Shown here: positions 1-14,439 of the stretch, piece by piece
Numbering within the stretch: position 1 is the stretch's first letter
How the letters are laid out: each line of letters begins with the position of its first letter
Assembly: GCA_003693705.1 (NCBI GenBank)
Contig: RBZT01000348.1
Coordinates: 62,001 to 126,000, forward strand
DNA length: 64,000 nt
Origin: Polymyxa betae A26-41
Taxonomy: Eukaryota; Protista; Endomyxa: Phytomyxea
Direction: 5' to 3'
Made by a program: the position numbers and the translations under genes
Notes under the pieces: generated by a model
Told to the model about the DNA's origin: nothing
What the model saw: the letters and a program-made list of their open reading frames with translations, nothing else
The model's database searches: none

Positions 1-1309
1 TGGTATTGGATGATGCAGCATTGCCATCCCAAATATAGTTCTTGATAATGACTCTTCCGAAAGCTTCTGTTCGGTTATACATCGAGCCATTTCTGAGCAA
101 AGTCGATTTAGTGATGAAGGATGGTGTACGCGAGATATGGAAATCGAGTTGGAGAATGCACCGACGAATTCTGCATTAATCATAGTAGGGATCTTGACAA
201 TTCCTTCGCAAATGGCCAGAGAGCTTTGTAGCAAAAGTTCAGTGTTCGGTTGATGTAAACTGGAAAGCAGCATAGACAGTGACCGAAGTGATAATGAGCG
301 AACTCTGGGCATGATCATCTTGGTTAATTGATGGTGAAGGTCGCTCAACGCCTTATAATGAGAACTATATTCTGGCAAAGCGGCGAGATGAGGATAATAG
401 CGAGATACAGATTCTACAAGCTTGATTAAATCAACGATATCCATGCTGGAGGCGAATTTAGGAAACAGTTCGGAGGCGGTTTTTGCTAGTTCAGGATTGA
501 ATAAGGAATTCCGAGCAAACTGAATAAATATTCGCAAAGCATCATCAGCTGATTCTTCATACAATCCATCAGCAAGCAGAACAGATACTTTGTTGGAAAT
601 TTCCTGAATTAGTAACGAGTCTTTGTTGAAATCCGTTAAAGCGTAATTCAAGATTACACAAATTTCGTGAAGCGTCAGCTTAGAGACGATGACCTCAGCA
701 TTATGGTTGATTGCTAATATGATGCCTTGATGTGGAAGAGAGAATCTCGACACGGCATCAAATAGCTCAATGACCTGAGAGCTGGTTATATTTGGGATCG
801 GAATGACGCCAGCAATATTATCGAGTATGAATACAGCATCGCGTCTCGGAACAGCGTCTTCATATTTGGCAATAAGTTGTACAATCTGAAGGCAATCTGA
901 GAACTGTGCATTCGGCAGCAGATCGGGCAATTGCTGCAGAATGTTGGACACGCTTATAAACTGTTCATGTTTAATTGCATATTTCAATGCACAGATAAAA
1001 GTTTCGAATCGGCCTATTACAGCTCTAAGCTAGGAATGGCGCTTCTTTAGTCAATGTACTTATCCGATAATCAGCAAGCTTCTCATTGAATTCTCGAAGA
1101 GATTCCGATGTGATACTAGCTCTGGAGCGTTTACCCAGCAAAGCCAATTTCTGCTCAATGTCAACTGAACAGGTGGAAGTCGAATCGGCGAGACGATGCA
1201 GCAGAGGTGTATTTCGAGAGGTGATTCGTTGACCTCGGCTAAATGCCTGCCTAAATCGCAATGGAGCTTGGGCAGTTAGTCTTGGGATCTGTGATATGCG
1301 ATTGATCAT
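1..1309 (-). CDS. Helical, Leu-rich protein with probable mitochondrial presequence (3' end outside window)
   Basis: Exon 1 (1309-1060) starts MINRISQIPRLTAQAPLRFRQAFSRGQR, Arg-rich with no acidic residues. A 46-nt GT-AG intron (1059-1014) joins it in frame (RI-S-RFETF) to a frame open from 1013 to the window edge (about 337 codons), which the ORF track lacks. Confidence 0.6.
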
Positions 1310-1361
1310 GACACCCTCTTATATATTAACTATTATGGGAGCAGAACCATGACATCCTCTC

Positions 1362-3984
1362 TTAAAGATTAATTGTGAAGATGATACTATAATGGCAGCA
1401 GAACCCCTCAGCACTGTCTCGCATATAATCACAACCCCTAATTGCTCTGTTATCCACAGCAGGTTTGTCTGCAAATTCATCACTTCTCGATCTGCAGTGA
1501 AAGCTGCCAGATGCAATGTTCATGGGATGATTCCAGCGACCAGTTGGGTCAAACCTGCAATCAGAAATGTGATGTTTGACCACCACCCTTTGTGTTTCGA
1601 TGATTATGGTCTATTTATTCTACTGTCGAGATTACAACGCGACCTAGGCTGCCGATCATGAGCTTGCGAATAGCGTCGATCGGGTTTAGATCTGGGAACT
1701 GCCTGGCAGCGATGCCCAGAAGCGCCTCACAGAACAGCTCGAAGGTGATGATTCTTCCAGTCTTGTTGCTGGATACAAAATCGATGTTTGACGTCGCGAG
1801 CAGAAACAATTGTTACCTTGAGGATTTATGCACGATTGACGTTGAATGTTTAGCTGTTGTCATGATCATTTGCTGGAAAAGCAGGTCGGCATCCGATCGG
1901 GAGAATCCGCCCGATTTGTTGGTCAGATGGCAGGTTGATAGTAATCGGACGAATTTGTTTGAGCATAACATGGGTGACGATCGTTCTGCAATGCTGATTA
2001 AGTAGAGGCGCCATACAGATAGATCGCTGTTCTCAATGAACTGATCGGTTGTAGGCAGATTATCAGCTTGTAGATAAGGAATGTATTTAGTCAGATGATC
2101 GGATCCAGGTCCTGATTTCTCCAATATTCCCAGATTTAATAGACGCGCCATTTCTTTCTTCATCTCGTTCTGAATCTGAGTTCTGGTCTCTGCCTCGAAC
2201 GAAGCGATTTGTTTCATTGCTTTTCTCATAGCAAATCGTTCCGGTAATGAGAAATCGAACGATTGCTCATAGGTGCGATCTGCTTTATCTCTTTCTCTTT
2301 TTTCTTTGTATAGCAATTCCTTTCTCCACTGTTCCATCTGATGACGATGTTCGGTGGTAAACGGGGTCTTGAATACAAATATTTCTGACAGGACGGGATT
2401 TCTTTCCGGAATCAATTCAATGACGTCGATTGGTGCTTGGTCGCATGATAAAGCAGTTCCAGTGACAATCTCCAACGTCTTTTTGATAACAAACTGCTTG
2501 ATAGCCACGTCGACAAATGTATCTGTGGATAAACTCGGACATGAATTCACCTGAAAGAAAAACATTAAGAACCGATCTGAGCCAACGATGGTCAAGTGAT
2601 TCTGACCTCCAGCAGCCACAGTTTGTATTTGTCATCCATGAGAATATCAAATCCGAGCAATTGAAAACATTTGCATGGATCGGATGGCTGTTGCTGCCCA
2701 AACATAGACTGATAGCTTCCCCAAATCGATGGCCACAGTGCTATTAGAGTTTTACCAACAATATCGGAGACCTGCTTCCAGAATCCCTGATTATCGATCC
2801 CATGACCATGCTGCCTCAATTGTTCTAACGCGATCGATATACGGCGCTTACTCCCAGACGGATCGCGATCATCAACAGGATGCTTGTACGACCTGGACAT
2901 CTTGTTCAACGAATAATTCGTCAAATGCATGAAATTCCGATTCAAAGTGGCGTCTGCTGTTGACATGGTCGTGTACGGTTCGGTGGCGAATCGAGCTAGC
3001 CCATCCTGAAATAGATAGGCTCGTAATGGACTCAATGAATCGATCACAACATAGACTCTCATATCCCATTTCAGGCCATCAATCAACATGGGATTCGAGA
3101 CATAAGACTGGACCACGACCGACTTTCCATGAGGCTCGATACGATCGGCCAACTGACGAATCGTATCCCAACGACGAGTGATATGAATATCACGACCTTG
3201 ATAGCCCGAGCTTGGTTTCACGATGGCTGTACAAGTACCGGATTTCAGGGCGCGCTCAACAGCGATGCGATCCTGAGGCAGCTGCCAGGTTGAAGGGAAG
3301 TAATCGAAGGGCGCCCATGATTGGATTCGTCGTGATAGGTTTAGCAGCTTGGCGAGATTGGATTTCGTCACAATCGCATGCATCTGCGGGAGATAATTGA
3401 TCCTCTGATTTGGACCCAGAAGAGAATACAGCGATTGATTCGTATGATCGGACCATAGAATGGATGACGATGACATTGCTGACCATGGATTCTCTGCTAA
3501 TTGAGCAGAATTGCAATGTATGATCGATCGGACTAAAGGCAAGCAATCAGACGTTTTGTTAAGGGAGGTCTGAAAGACAATTATTACTGAGTTCTTTAGC
3601 TCCCGCATGATGGCATTTCGAAAGACAGATACCAATACGATGTCCCTTCTGCAAGCCAGCCTGTAGATCTTTTACATTTTCGACGGACCTGATCGCCCTC
3701 GTCGTACAGCCCTGGTTGCTGTTATCTTTCAAATTGACTTTCACTTCGGGCAAGATACAACTTGAGGACCTCTTCAGAGATGTATCAGCCAGATCTATCG
3801 ATTGCCGAATCTGATGGATTAGGGTGCGATTTGAGGATTCTTCACCGGGCGGCGTCGAATTGGATAGATAATGCAGAAGGCAACGACGAACCCGCTGTAA
3901 TCGCTGGTTTTGCAATCGGTCTAATAAATCAAACAGGGCGCTAGCTTCATCTTGATTCAATTTGAGGGTCAATTCTTCATCCAT
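1362..3984 (-). CDS. Tubulin-tyrosine ligase-like polyglutamylase (TTLL11-like), multi-exon
   Basis: TTL motifs IVKPSSGYQGRDI, VVQSYVSNPMLIDGLKWDMRVYV, GLARFATEPY, FMHLTNYSLNK, CFQLLGFDILMD..WLLEV|NSCPSL. C-terminal helical domain (NKFVRLLSTCHL..DADLLF..ITFELFCEALLGIAARQF) resembles TTLL11/p25-alpha. 3' end approximate. Confidence 0.85.
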
Positions 3985-5668
3985 AGAGAGTAATCATGGA
4001 CAGCTTTCTGGTGTACTTCCTACGATCGACATTTTGATCATGATAGCTGTTAACCGCATGATAACAGCATCTGGAAATAGCTCTCGTGACGACCATATCA
4101 ATCCAGCAACTGGATTCTTCTGAACGGTCTCACGTTAAGTTTCTATCCTGGAGTCTGGAACATCTCATTATGTCAATGGCAGAATGGGGTTTAAGGAGTG
4201 TAGAATCTCTATATAAAGAAGAACCTGGACTGTCGCCGGCCTGGGCCCTACATTAGAATGATGGGTGTCATGACCCGATCCAACGATGGTGGCATAATCA
4301 ATCCAAATATAGCTCGATCATATTCGATACAAATTCGACACACACGCCACAGCAACCCGAGTCCCTACAGCTTCCTGTTATTCTACTCGCGGGAAGCTGC
4401 AGTCAATTCTGAAAACCAGATTATTGTTCATTGATATTTGAAATTTAATTGACTCGATAACGCAAGCAAGAACAGATTATGTTGTTTGGGTACATATCGT
4501 TCGGATTATGTCTAGACCATTGTTGGCAACTGCATATTCAATCGACTCCAACATTTGCTTTTCGCATAGCCCGATGGTAGGCATGACATCTCGTCTACGT
4601 AACTAACGCTGATTTAACGGATTCAGCCTCTGTTCAAAGATGTGTGTATTACCGCCCTGTATAAAACATTTACTGAAACAGATTATGACGAATTACTCGG
4701 CATTCCTTCTAAATAGCTGAGAGTCTTAGACCATCGCTGCGTCCAATCCGCATGGATTTACAGTCGCTAGCCTGCGATCCCATTGTCTGGAGCGCAGCTC
4801 CAAATCCGCATTCCATTTCACAGGAAGCGTCCCCTTTGTATCGCTACACCACCTTCTTCTGACTCTTATAATAATACAGACTGTTCCAGCGACCGGTTAA
4901 CGCCGTTCTTGAATCATCGAACGTATCCTGTCCTTCGTCTTAGGCTGATTACCTGAGATTGTATTCTTAGTTCTGATAGCTCCCGTGGTGACTCGTAATC
5001 TTTAGTTGGTTCATAACAGATTAACCGAACTATCCAATGGCAGGACCCGTATCCAGGATGTTCCCGACCCATACTGCATTGGCACTGAGCCCAACGTCCT
5101 CAGCTGTCCCAAATCCTAACGATCTGTGCTATGCTTGGTACCTGAATTCGCATCTTGCGTCTGACAACATGTGCAAGAAGCCAGCGTCATACCATGGGTA
5201 AGCCCTGTTGCTATACAGTACACACAAAGGATCCACGAACTATTGAGCCAGGGCCACAACAACATAGAATGCCTGGACTTTCTGCTCAGCATGTTTGAAA
5301 ATGAGACTGTGGAAGTGTTGTTCCCGTAAAGATGTTCTCAGGGAATCGCAACGATTCGTCGAGGAAGAAGACGTGGCTGAAGGCTGTGTTTCTCATCAGT
5401 CCAGTTTCAGTAACGCCATGCTCCTCCTGAGGTGTTGGCAGAGAGCACAGTATAGTGGTGTTTTGGAGACCATATTTCTCCCAAAGCGGTCATTGCTGTG
5501 GAATATGACAGATAATCGTTGAGATAGGCAAACAGCGATGATCAGAAGAAGAGAATTCGACCAAGGCTGAAAATTTTCACAAAATTTCTGGTATCTCAAA
5601 AAAAAGGGCCGTTGATAGGTAGAGGAGGGACCTCTTACAGTACTTAAGAAACATATCTCAGTGTCATC

Positions 5669-7728
5669 ATGATGTTTACTTCGAGATTAAAGAGGATATT
5701 GAACCATGCCGATAATGGTGTGCAGAACGTACAGGTCAAGGGACGAATCCAGATTGATACGCCGACCTCGACGACAGATATCCAACAGGACTTGAGATGG
5801 AATGGTTGGGGCTATGGCGATACCCATTTCGAATTCAAAACGCCCGATCTTGTGCATGTCACTGGTTCACGGTACGAGAACTCTGGCAAAACAATGCCAA
5901 ATCTGGTGCCATTCATGAAAGAAAAAGGAGTCCCGGTGGAAAATCGCGATACCTCGATATCGTTTGCCGAGCTTCTGCTTCAGGTTCCTAAGCCAGTAAC
6001 AAACGATGCTTTTCTTGCATCATTGCCGAATTCCATTCGAGTCGAGTTCTCAGCAGAGATGCGTGTTCGACATAGCCATGGTCATTCTATCCAGGAAATT
6101 TATGGCTTAAGAAAAGGCAAACTTGGACGGATCCCCGATTCAGTAATTTACGTAACCAGTCAAGCTGATGTTCAATCAGCAATAGCTTCTGCCATTAAGC
6201 ATGTAGGGTGTTTATGATGATTGCCCTCAAATTCCTAACTGTTACTTAGAATGTCGTCTTGGTACCCTTTGGTGGAGGAACATGCGTCTCGCAGGCCTTG
6301 ATGTGCAACGAAGCGGAATCGCGACATATTTGTAGCGTGGATATGTCAATGATGAACTCCATTCTATGGATCGATTTCGATAACATGATAGCTGAAATTC
6401 AGGCAGGGGCCATTGGTGTCAATATTGGTACTTGCACGGTTGAATTTAAATTTCAGACCGTTTAGTTTACATCACAGAATCCGTATTGCAGAAGTATGGT
6501 GTCTGTTTGGGGCACGAACCGGATTCTCACGAATTTTCCACTCTCGGTGGTTGGATTGCAACTAGAGCATCCGGAATGAAAAAGAATACCTATGGCAATA
6601 TTGAAGACATAGTTGTCAAGATAACACTTGTGACGCCAAAAGGAGTGATCATAAATCACTCAGAAGCGCCAAGGCAGTCGGTGGGCCCCGATGTGAATCA
6701 TATCGCCCTTGGATCTGAAGGCAATTTCGGAATTATAACATCATCTGTCGTCCGTCTAAAGCCCTTGCCGGAATCCAAAGAGTTCGCAGCCCTAATATTT
6801 CCTGATTTTGAGGCGTGAGAACATTGGGATTTCTTAGCCAGGAATCATTTATGTGCCTAGGGGAGTGAAGTTCATGCATGAAGTCGCGCGACAGAAAACG
6901 GCTCCAACGTCAATTCGTCTCGTCGATAATGATCAGTTTCATTTCGGGAATGCTATAAAGCCAGAGACCCACTCCTGGTTTAGTAACGAAAACCTAAAGA
7001 AGTGGGTCATCTCAAAGCTCGGATTCGATATCAATCAGATGAGCGCTTGTACAATCTTATTTGAGGGTTCAAAATCAGACATTTCTAAACACAAATGGAA
7101 CGTGTTCTCAATCGCTTGGGAATTCGGAGGACGATATGTCGGATCTGCTGCCGGAAAGAGAGGCTATAACTTAACATTCCTGATCGCTTATATTAGAGAC
7201 TTTTGTTTGTCTATGTATGTTGCGAATTGTGGTTCCCAGAGCATATGTGAATCCACAACTTAGGGGGCTTTTAGGAGAATCTTTCGAATCGGCTGTTCCT
7301 TGGAGTAATGTCGTCGACCTCTGTAAACGAGTGAAGGATAGGATAACAAAATCATCATCAGAACTGGGAGTCCAGGTGCCGCCCTTCACATCTTGTCGGA
7401 TCAGTCAAACATATGATTGTGGGGCATGTGTATATTTCTACTTTGCCATCGTCAGTAGCGGATTGGATGATCCTATAGCCACTTTTAGCAAAATTGAGCA
7501 TAATGCAAGAGAAGAGGTCAGTAGCCCAGCAATCATCAGTTCTGCACTCGACTGAACTGGGAACAGATATTGCTTTGCGGAGGATCATTGTCACATCATC
7601 ATGGAGTCGGGAAAATCAGAAAGTCCTTCACGAATCAAATTCTGTCTCCGACAGCTATCAGTGCTCTAAGAGCTATCAAGTCCCACCTAGATCCGACAAA
7701 TGTTTTCGCATCTGAAAACCTCATATAA
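5669..7728 (+). CDS. AGPS: Alkyldihydroxyacetonephosphate synthase (peroxisomal, ether-lipid synthesis), multi-exon
   Basis: LRWNGWGYGDT, HSHGHSIQEIY, VPFGGGT, GHEPDSHEFSTLGGWIATRASGMKKNTYGNIED, LGSEGNFGIIT, last exon GGSLSHHHGVGKIRK. N-terminal RLKRILNHA fits the PTS2 consensus (R/K)(L/V/I)x5(H/Q)(L/A). Confidence 0.95.
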
Positions 7729-7802
7729 AATATTTCAAAAAAAAAATTCGTTCACGCAAACTCTACTGTATATATTAATACATTCGACAATACTGTACAA
7801 TG

Positions 7803-10800
7803 TTAAGCATCTTGACGAATGTCAGAATGATCAGCGCCATCAACAGTTATACTAAGGACGAATTAACGAATCCAAACAAGCCAACACCACGATAATACCT
7901 TATGGAAAGCGTTGAATTTGGCGAGGTTCTTGACGTCCTTTGTTGCTTCCAGGCTTGTAGAGAGAGATTTTTAGTGTGGGACAATGAGCCTTCAGCGTGG
8001 TCTTCCTGCTGAAAGCACAAATTGAGAACCATGCTCAGCAGATCTGATGCTCAATAATGCTCACAGAGTCAACTCCGTCCAGATCAGACAGCATCTGCTG
8101 GGCATTCAGCATTGGCTCAGGATTGTCCGGCAGCATTAGGACACTGGAGCGGCTCTCGCGACGCAGTGCAGCAGAGACATCCTTTCCAGCACTAAGAGGC
8201 GACACAAGAGCAGCATCTCTCCATCTGAGAGCACGTGATTAGTTACACAGAAGAGCATTTCCAAGATTGAGAATACCTCCTTCCAGGAGTATCCTCGAAG
8301 CTGGGGTTGCGTAAAAGGTTCTCCAAAGTGTCTGGATTCTGGTCGTTTTCAATATCGTAAATTCGCCGAATAAAGCTGATGCGATCAACAGTTTTTCTTC
8401 TATAGATCCTGGTTGCATTCTACAAAAATCAAAATTATTTGGGGCTTAAAGAATGAGCAACGAGAATACTTCAAATCTATCAAGAGCGGCTGTTTGAGAG
8501 ACATGCTCCGAAGGACGATGAGTTTGCTCGTTGTCGGATTCACTTTGCACCTCGTTAGAAAGAACGACTTCGACATCCTAAAGAAGATCAAAGTTGTGAA
8601 CGAGCAACCAATCGAGCATTACAGCTGCTGATAAAACCTTATCCGGTTCATTATTGAGATCATTCTCATCACGATTTGCTTCGTTGTCACTGTCACTGCC
8701 ACTCTCTTCTGACCCTGAATTAATGAATGCGGAAGGCTCCACAACCACAGCTGGTGACAGGGAAACCGAATTTTTTCGCGGGCTCTCAGCCTGCGATGAA
8801 TCAAAAGGCTGGCTGAGCAACTCACGAAGTTTCTGCTGGTCAATTCCAGGGAATGTCATGCGACAGATGGCACGCAAAATGCCATTCCTTTCAGAATAAC
8901 TCTCAGCTACCAGAATAAAATAAGTGGAAATAACATACTTTTCGAAGTTGAAGTGGGGCTTGCTATGTTGCTCTGATTCGGTGGCAGAAGAGCTTTCATC
9001 CGTGCAGCACAGCCCAAGTTCGGAATTCCAATACAGGCCATAGGCTTTAACAGATGAATACTGTGACACCAGCTCTTCTAATTCAGAAGCTGTTCTGCAG
9101 GCATCCAGAAATGTGCAAATCCGAGAAATGGTCAAAAGATACGACGCAATCAGGAAATTGACTCGAAAAGATTTGATGCCCTGCAGGAATATTAGATTGA
9201 GGATCGCGTCAGCAGACCGCAATACCAGATCTCGTCCATCGATGGCCTTGAACTCGTCTATCCAATGGAAAATAAGAGGTATCGTCTCCCGAAGAGAAGC
9301 ATATGGATACATCCGCAAGAGCACCACCATTGTCCGATAATAGCATTGAAAACATTCTGAAGACAAAAACGTCAAAATGAAGCTGGATCAAGAGACGCAA
9401 CTCAACCTGGGTCAGACCCGACAGAGGTCAGATGATAATGAATTGAAATGAAAATACGTTTCAAATGCCTATCATAAAAGATCTTGTCTTGAACCCAATT
9501 CGACATATCTTCCTGGGCACCACCGACAATGGTTTTTTTCAAAAAAACCGTAAGCTTGTGACTTGCTCGCACAGAATTCTCTGAGAGTTCTCCAAATTTG
9601 CGGTTAGCAGAGGGCCTTGACGCAATCGAATTTGCTGAGCATAAAACATCAGGCATGGTACAGAGCGAGCTTCCACAAAACACTGACGTTCAAAAGGAAT
9701 AGAGAGATTCTGCAAGGTTTGATGTACTTGTAGGAAGTGGTCTGCGCTATCATTCTCCTGAAAAGGCGCACATAGCTGATGTTGGAAATCAGAAACAGTG
9801 AAATCGGCAATGATATTAATCGAGAACGTACTGTCAGCAAAGTTATGATAAGCCGATCGGGAACGAAACAATCGGTCGTGGAGATTTTTCGCAGCTCTGC
9901 CGCAGAGAGGGCACATTTTAGAAATAATTCCGTATTGTGGTTCTGAATAGCAACGGTGGCATCGCTGATGCGGTTATTGTTCACTTGATCGACAACAGTG
10001 GTGATCAGGTCTATATAATCAAACGACGATGGAAGCCGTGTGCAATATGCTGCAACACAGTTAATAAGTGCATCTTGTAGATGCTGCAGTAGTTCGTCAT
10101 TGGATGCCTGAGAAAGGTTACAGCAAGCTTGAAAAGCAAAACAGCCAGGACCTGTTCAAGACGTTGTAGTAAAAAATTGATCAGGCCCTGCCAAGGGCCG
10201 ATATCTAATCTCATAGTAAGAACCAGTTCGGCCGTTACCTATTATGACGTTAGAAAACATTTAGCTAGTTAACTGCATATCAAACCTGCACTATTCGGGT
10301 CTGAATTTGTCGTCGACGATGGCTCTGCCCCTTGACATCGCTGCTGTTAGGATTGTTCGCTTTCGCATCCTGAACGGTTTGCAGAGCGATGACATCCAGG
10401 TGTTTCAGCATTAGATACGCGAATCCATATCCGTGATCAGCGTTGCTGTGATCAGCAACGGTTCGAATGCAGATCAGAGCAAACTCTGGTGGATTCCACG
10501 AGTATTCGTCCAAATACTGAAAGATTGGAAGCAGAATTCGCTCGGTGGAATTTAAATTGCCCAACTTTCCAATATTTTGAAGACACTGCATTGCCAGATT
10601 GTGTGGCGTCATCGACGGGTCCAGAGCATCATTGCCAATATTCGAAGTTAATGGGCCTTTCCGCGAGTTTCGTGATTTTGCTATGTGTGCCTCCGACTCC
10701 GGATCGACGTTGATGTTCGCTAAGATGGCCGGAATCATCACCGGCAGATGATCGATTGTGTTTTGAGAGTCAGTAAACAGCACCATCTTCGATAGAGAAT

Positions 10801-11344
10801 CGATGCCGGCTAACCGCATAACAGCCGATCTCTCTTCGACCGGAATACACATCGACACCAACCGAGGGAAAAACGCTTCCAGCTTGCGATAATCGGACCA
10901 TTCATCTTGATAATGGACCATTTTCCGGAATGTATCGCAAGCTAGAATCTGCATATCAGGACGCCCGTCTTCAAATAACGCCATACATGTTCGAATAATA
11001 TGGTCTTCGAACTGAGGCAGCTGTGTATGGCAGGCGTCAATCAGAGCATGGAGAGTAAGGACAGCGATGCGAACACCCTGAAGATGATTCAAGCGCAGCT
11101 CTTTCACCATCTGTTTCTGCAAGTATCGAGCAATCGACACTTGCTGTTCAGGGTACGACAAGGCATAATGGACCAGGCTGGACAGGTTGATGGGCTGGGC
11201 AGGCGGCTGGTCGGGCCCGGTCTCGAGATTCTTGGGGAAGACATTCTTAACATGTTTCTTATACTGCTGTCTAGTAGTTGTGGCTGAACATGGACAGGAT
11301 CCACAACAGGGTCGAAAGAACCGACGCATAGAAAGCCCCCCCAA
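7803..11344 (-). CDS. EFR3: EFR3-like plasma-membrane scaffold of PI4-kinase, multi-exon
   Basis: N-terminal Cys cluster (PCCGSCPCS, palmitoylation-type), then YKKHVKNVFP and LVHYALSYPEQQVSIARYL as in EFR3 N-termini, then HEAT/ARM-like exons down to about 7.8 kb. 3' end approximate (7803-7840). Confidence 0.8.
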
Positions 11345-11519
11345 GGCCCCACAACCCGCCCTTCAGACAACACCTAAGGCTTGTCCTTAGAGGGAATTCT
11401 CTACGCACATTTGCGAATTTTTACATGAAAAGTTGGCATCTGCCCGTCACAACGCCATTGCGTGCAGCAATGTTATAATAACTGATTGATTTACAGTACA
11501 ATGGTTTGGAATACAGGGA

Positions 11520-13857
11520 TTAATCGGAATCGTTCGCCGGTTCGTTTTCGTCGATTAACGCATCGAATTTGTTGTTGGAGAGGAATGGCTGCGAGTGCTG
11601 GCGGAGAACGCGAGGCGTGGAACAATACGAAATAACAGAATCGTCAACTGCTGGAGGCACTGGCCGGAACGCTATACTATCGTCGCCGTTGCTCTACCCA
11701 GGAACGTATTAATAAGCGCATAGCGTTTGTTTTCGGCAAACTTACCTTGATAAACGGGTCCGTTAAATCCATTGATCGCACCTTGCTCAAACGCCCACTT
11801 CTGATACGTCTGCGACGCCGTTGCGTTGCAGGCGTGACAGACAGCATTGGGGATTGGAACGTTACAGATTGCTGGTATATTGGACCAGCACCTAGTGATG
11901 ATAAGGAATGGGATCACCCGTAAGCGAAAGGCACTAACTAGTTTTGAACAAAGCAGCCACTATTCCAGCACAAATTGTAATAAGAGCAATCGCTAATGCA
12001 AAACGTAGCATTCGCAACGTCGATTCGGCGTTGTCATAGGCGGCATTCAAGGCTGAGAGTTGCCGTCGGAGCAATAAGATTGTGATTGTTGAAGCGTTCG
12101 TGGTTTCTACAGCACTCGCCAGCAATGACTAGAAGCCATTGATGTTAGGAGCGATTACAGACAGAAAAATGGCAAACCTGAACGGATTTGTCTCTGGAGA
12201 CAAGAACAGCATCCATGGATAGAATCGCAGATTCGAGCTTCGCAACTGTGGTCGTCAGCGAGTGACTCAGTTTCTCCACCGCATGAATGGCCAATGTCTG
12301 GAAAAGAATTTAACAAAACTGAGAAGTAACAAGTCCCTACGAACTTGATTGATCTCCAAATCCTTTATCCGATTCGTCAATTTCGTGATGATATTTTGTG
12401 GGCCACTTTTTAACAAATTAACGATTGCGAAACTAGAGGGCAAAATCGGAGTAGAGTACCTGGATGAGGACGTTGCTATATTCGGTGTCGAGATCCTGTC
12501 AGCAGGCGTTTTGCTTTCAGATTGTTCCCTGGAATCTCGAAATAAGCAAATATTATTAAATCAAAGCGATATTGTCTAGTCATACTTGGATTGGATTTCG
12601 TTAGCCCGAAGCATTTCTTGATCAGATGACTCGGAAAGCTCAGATAGTTCTGATTTCGACTGAGAAGAGCCCGCTAGTTTGTCTTCATTAACCGATTTCG
12701 GGATCTGCTCCAAATCATTGTGAATACCATTGACACACAGAGTGAACATCCCACATTTGGAAGAAAGCCGGCAGCAGAGTTCTTCAGATTGGCTCCAGCC
12801 TTCTGAATCTCATCCAGCGTTTTCCTGGATTCTTGGAGAGTTTCATCAAGTGCTCTGAGATCACTTCAGTTATGATTCCCTAACGAGCGGAGATGACAGT
12901 ACCGGCCCAATGCTTCCAATAGCCGAGAGCCATACACTTTGACAGAGTTCAGAGTACAGTACTGTTCATTGCCGTAATGGCTCAGCAATCGAAATTTCAG
13001 ATATCGAACGGGAATTTTCTTCTCCAGACAGAAAATTTGTTCATTCATGGAGTTCTCTGCTCGAAAGTATCCTGAGCAAGTTGTTAGACGATGTCTTGGC
13101 CAAACAACAGGCGATTGATTCAGACCCATTAGAATCCATTCGGGTGTAGGGTGCTTATCACTTCCCAACAGTTGAAAATATTCTACACCAGAAGAGTAAT
13201 GTTCAAGGTTGCTGACAGAAATGGCAGAAACCTCGACATCTTCGGACACCTGGATGACGAACCATTTCGATTGCACAGAGCAAGGCGTGCTCATATATTT
13301 GTCGCTATCGGCGTTTAGTGTCTTTTCGGCTCCTTTCATGCCAGCTGAAGAGGCTGTTCATCCGTTAGTATTCAATCATACATGAGCCCTGAGAATCGCT
13401 GTCTACCTAATACTTGTGCTCCAGCAGAAAAAGCAGCGAAGTTGTACATTTCTTTGACGCCATTCAGACGACAAGGTCCTTTGGCATCAGCGGGCGACAG
13501 GCCTGACGCACGACTATAACGACAAATCAGAAATGCAATTATCCAAAAACAAGCAATTGCACACTTGTCATTGTTTTCAACAGAAGGGGATTCAGAACCG
13601 TTCTGCTTATTTGATGCAACAGTGGCAAATGATAATATATCCTCGTTCCTGTGTTGCGGTTTCTGCTCATCAAAGGATATGGAGGACTTCCGCCTATCTA
13701 ATGGAGCACCACTCGACACCAAGAAAGAATTTTTGGGCCGACAATTTAACGATAGTGGATTCTGGGGGTCATATTCGAGCCCGTAACTGTTATATCCAGC
13801 ACAATGGACGATAGCTATTCCAACAGCTATAATTACAGCCAGGGTGCTATATCTCAT
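11520..13857 (-). CDS. Mid-SUN domain ER protein (SLP1/SUCO family), multi-exon
   Basis: Signal peptide MRYSTLAVIIAVGIAIVHC. SUN domain YNFAAFSAGAQVL..DKYMSTPC..WFVIQVSE..NLEHYSS..RYLKFRLLSHYGNEQYCTLNSVKVYG. Coiled coil QNIITKLTNRIKDLEINQ, then TM segment LRFALAIALITICAGIVAALF. Spliced to a stop at 11520. Confidence 0.85.
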
Positions 13858-14439
13858 CGATGGCTAATGCCGAATCTACTGGCATTGATGAGAATAAAAA
13901 AGATCCCCTCTGGCAATGAAAAGCGAGCTGGATTTCTAGCTCAGACAAAAGGAGGCCGCGAATATTCCGCTCAAGGAAACTTTCGCAAAGATCTTTGCAA
14001 AGTTGAAAATTAGCAAGAGGCTTTTGCTCAAATTTTCAGCACTTTCAGATGGATTCTTTTTCTTTTTATTGAGACAACGCTTAAACATCTCTATTGATGT
14101 CATGCCTGCTTTGGGGCATTATGTTCTGACCTTGTAAATCGAAATCCAATAAAATGCTCATGCGACTTTATATTAGCGTTTGACTAAATGATGAATGCTC
14201 CAAGCGGATCAGCGATACGAATATAACTTCAACGTTCTCGTCGTTTGTAAACTGAATGACTTTGGAAAAATCCTGAATCCAACAGACAGTAAAGGCTGTT
14301 TGTTGTTCCCTATCGTTAATAAAGTTTTGGTGATTTTCTCATTCGAGGAGTGACTTTTTCAACAGTGATTGTGCGCGCCTTTTGAAAAATCCCTCAGTCC
14401 ATCTTCTCCTGGTTATGCTTATATTTTGAGAGTCCTATA

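Noticed and set aside
3990-5660. Long spacer between TTLL and AGPS with faint integrase-like words on the minus strand (GVNRSLEQ near 4880-4905)
   Set aside because: Match too short and broken by stops; no RT, RNase H or LTR evidence. A TBLASTX against repeat libraries would be needed.
11672-11917. ORF MIPFLIITRCW... resembling a small Cys-containing peptide
   Set aside because: Alternate frame over an intron and exon of the SUN gene, which splices cleanly in another frame.
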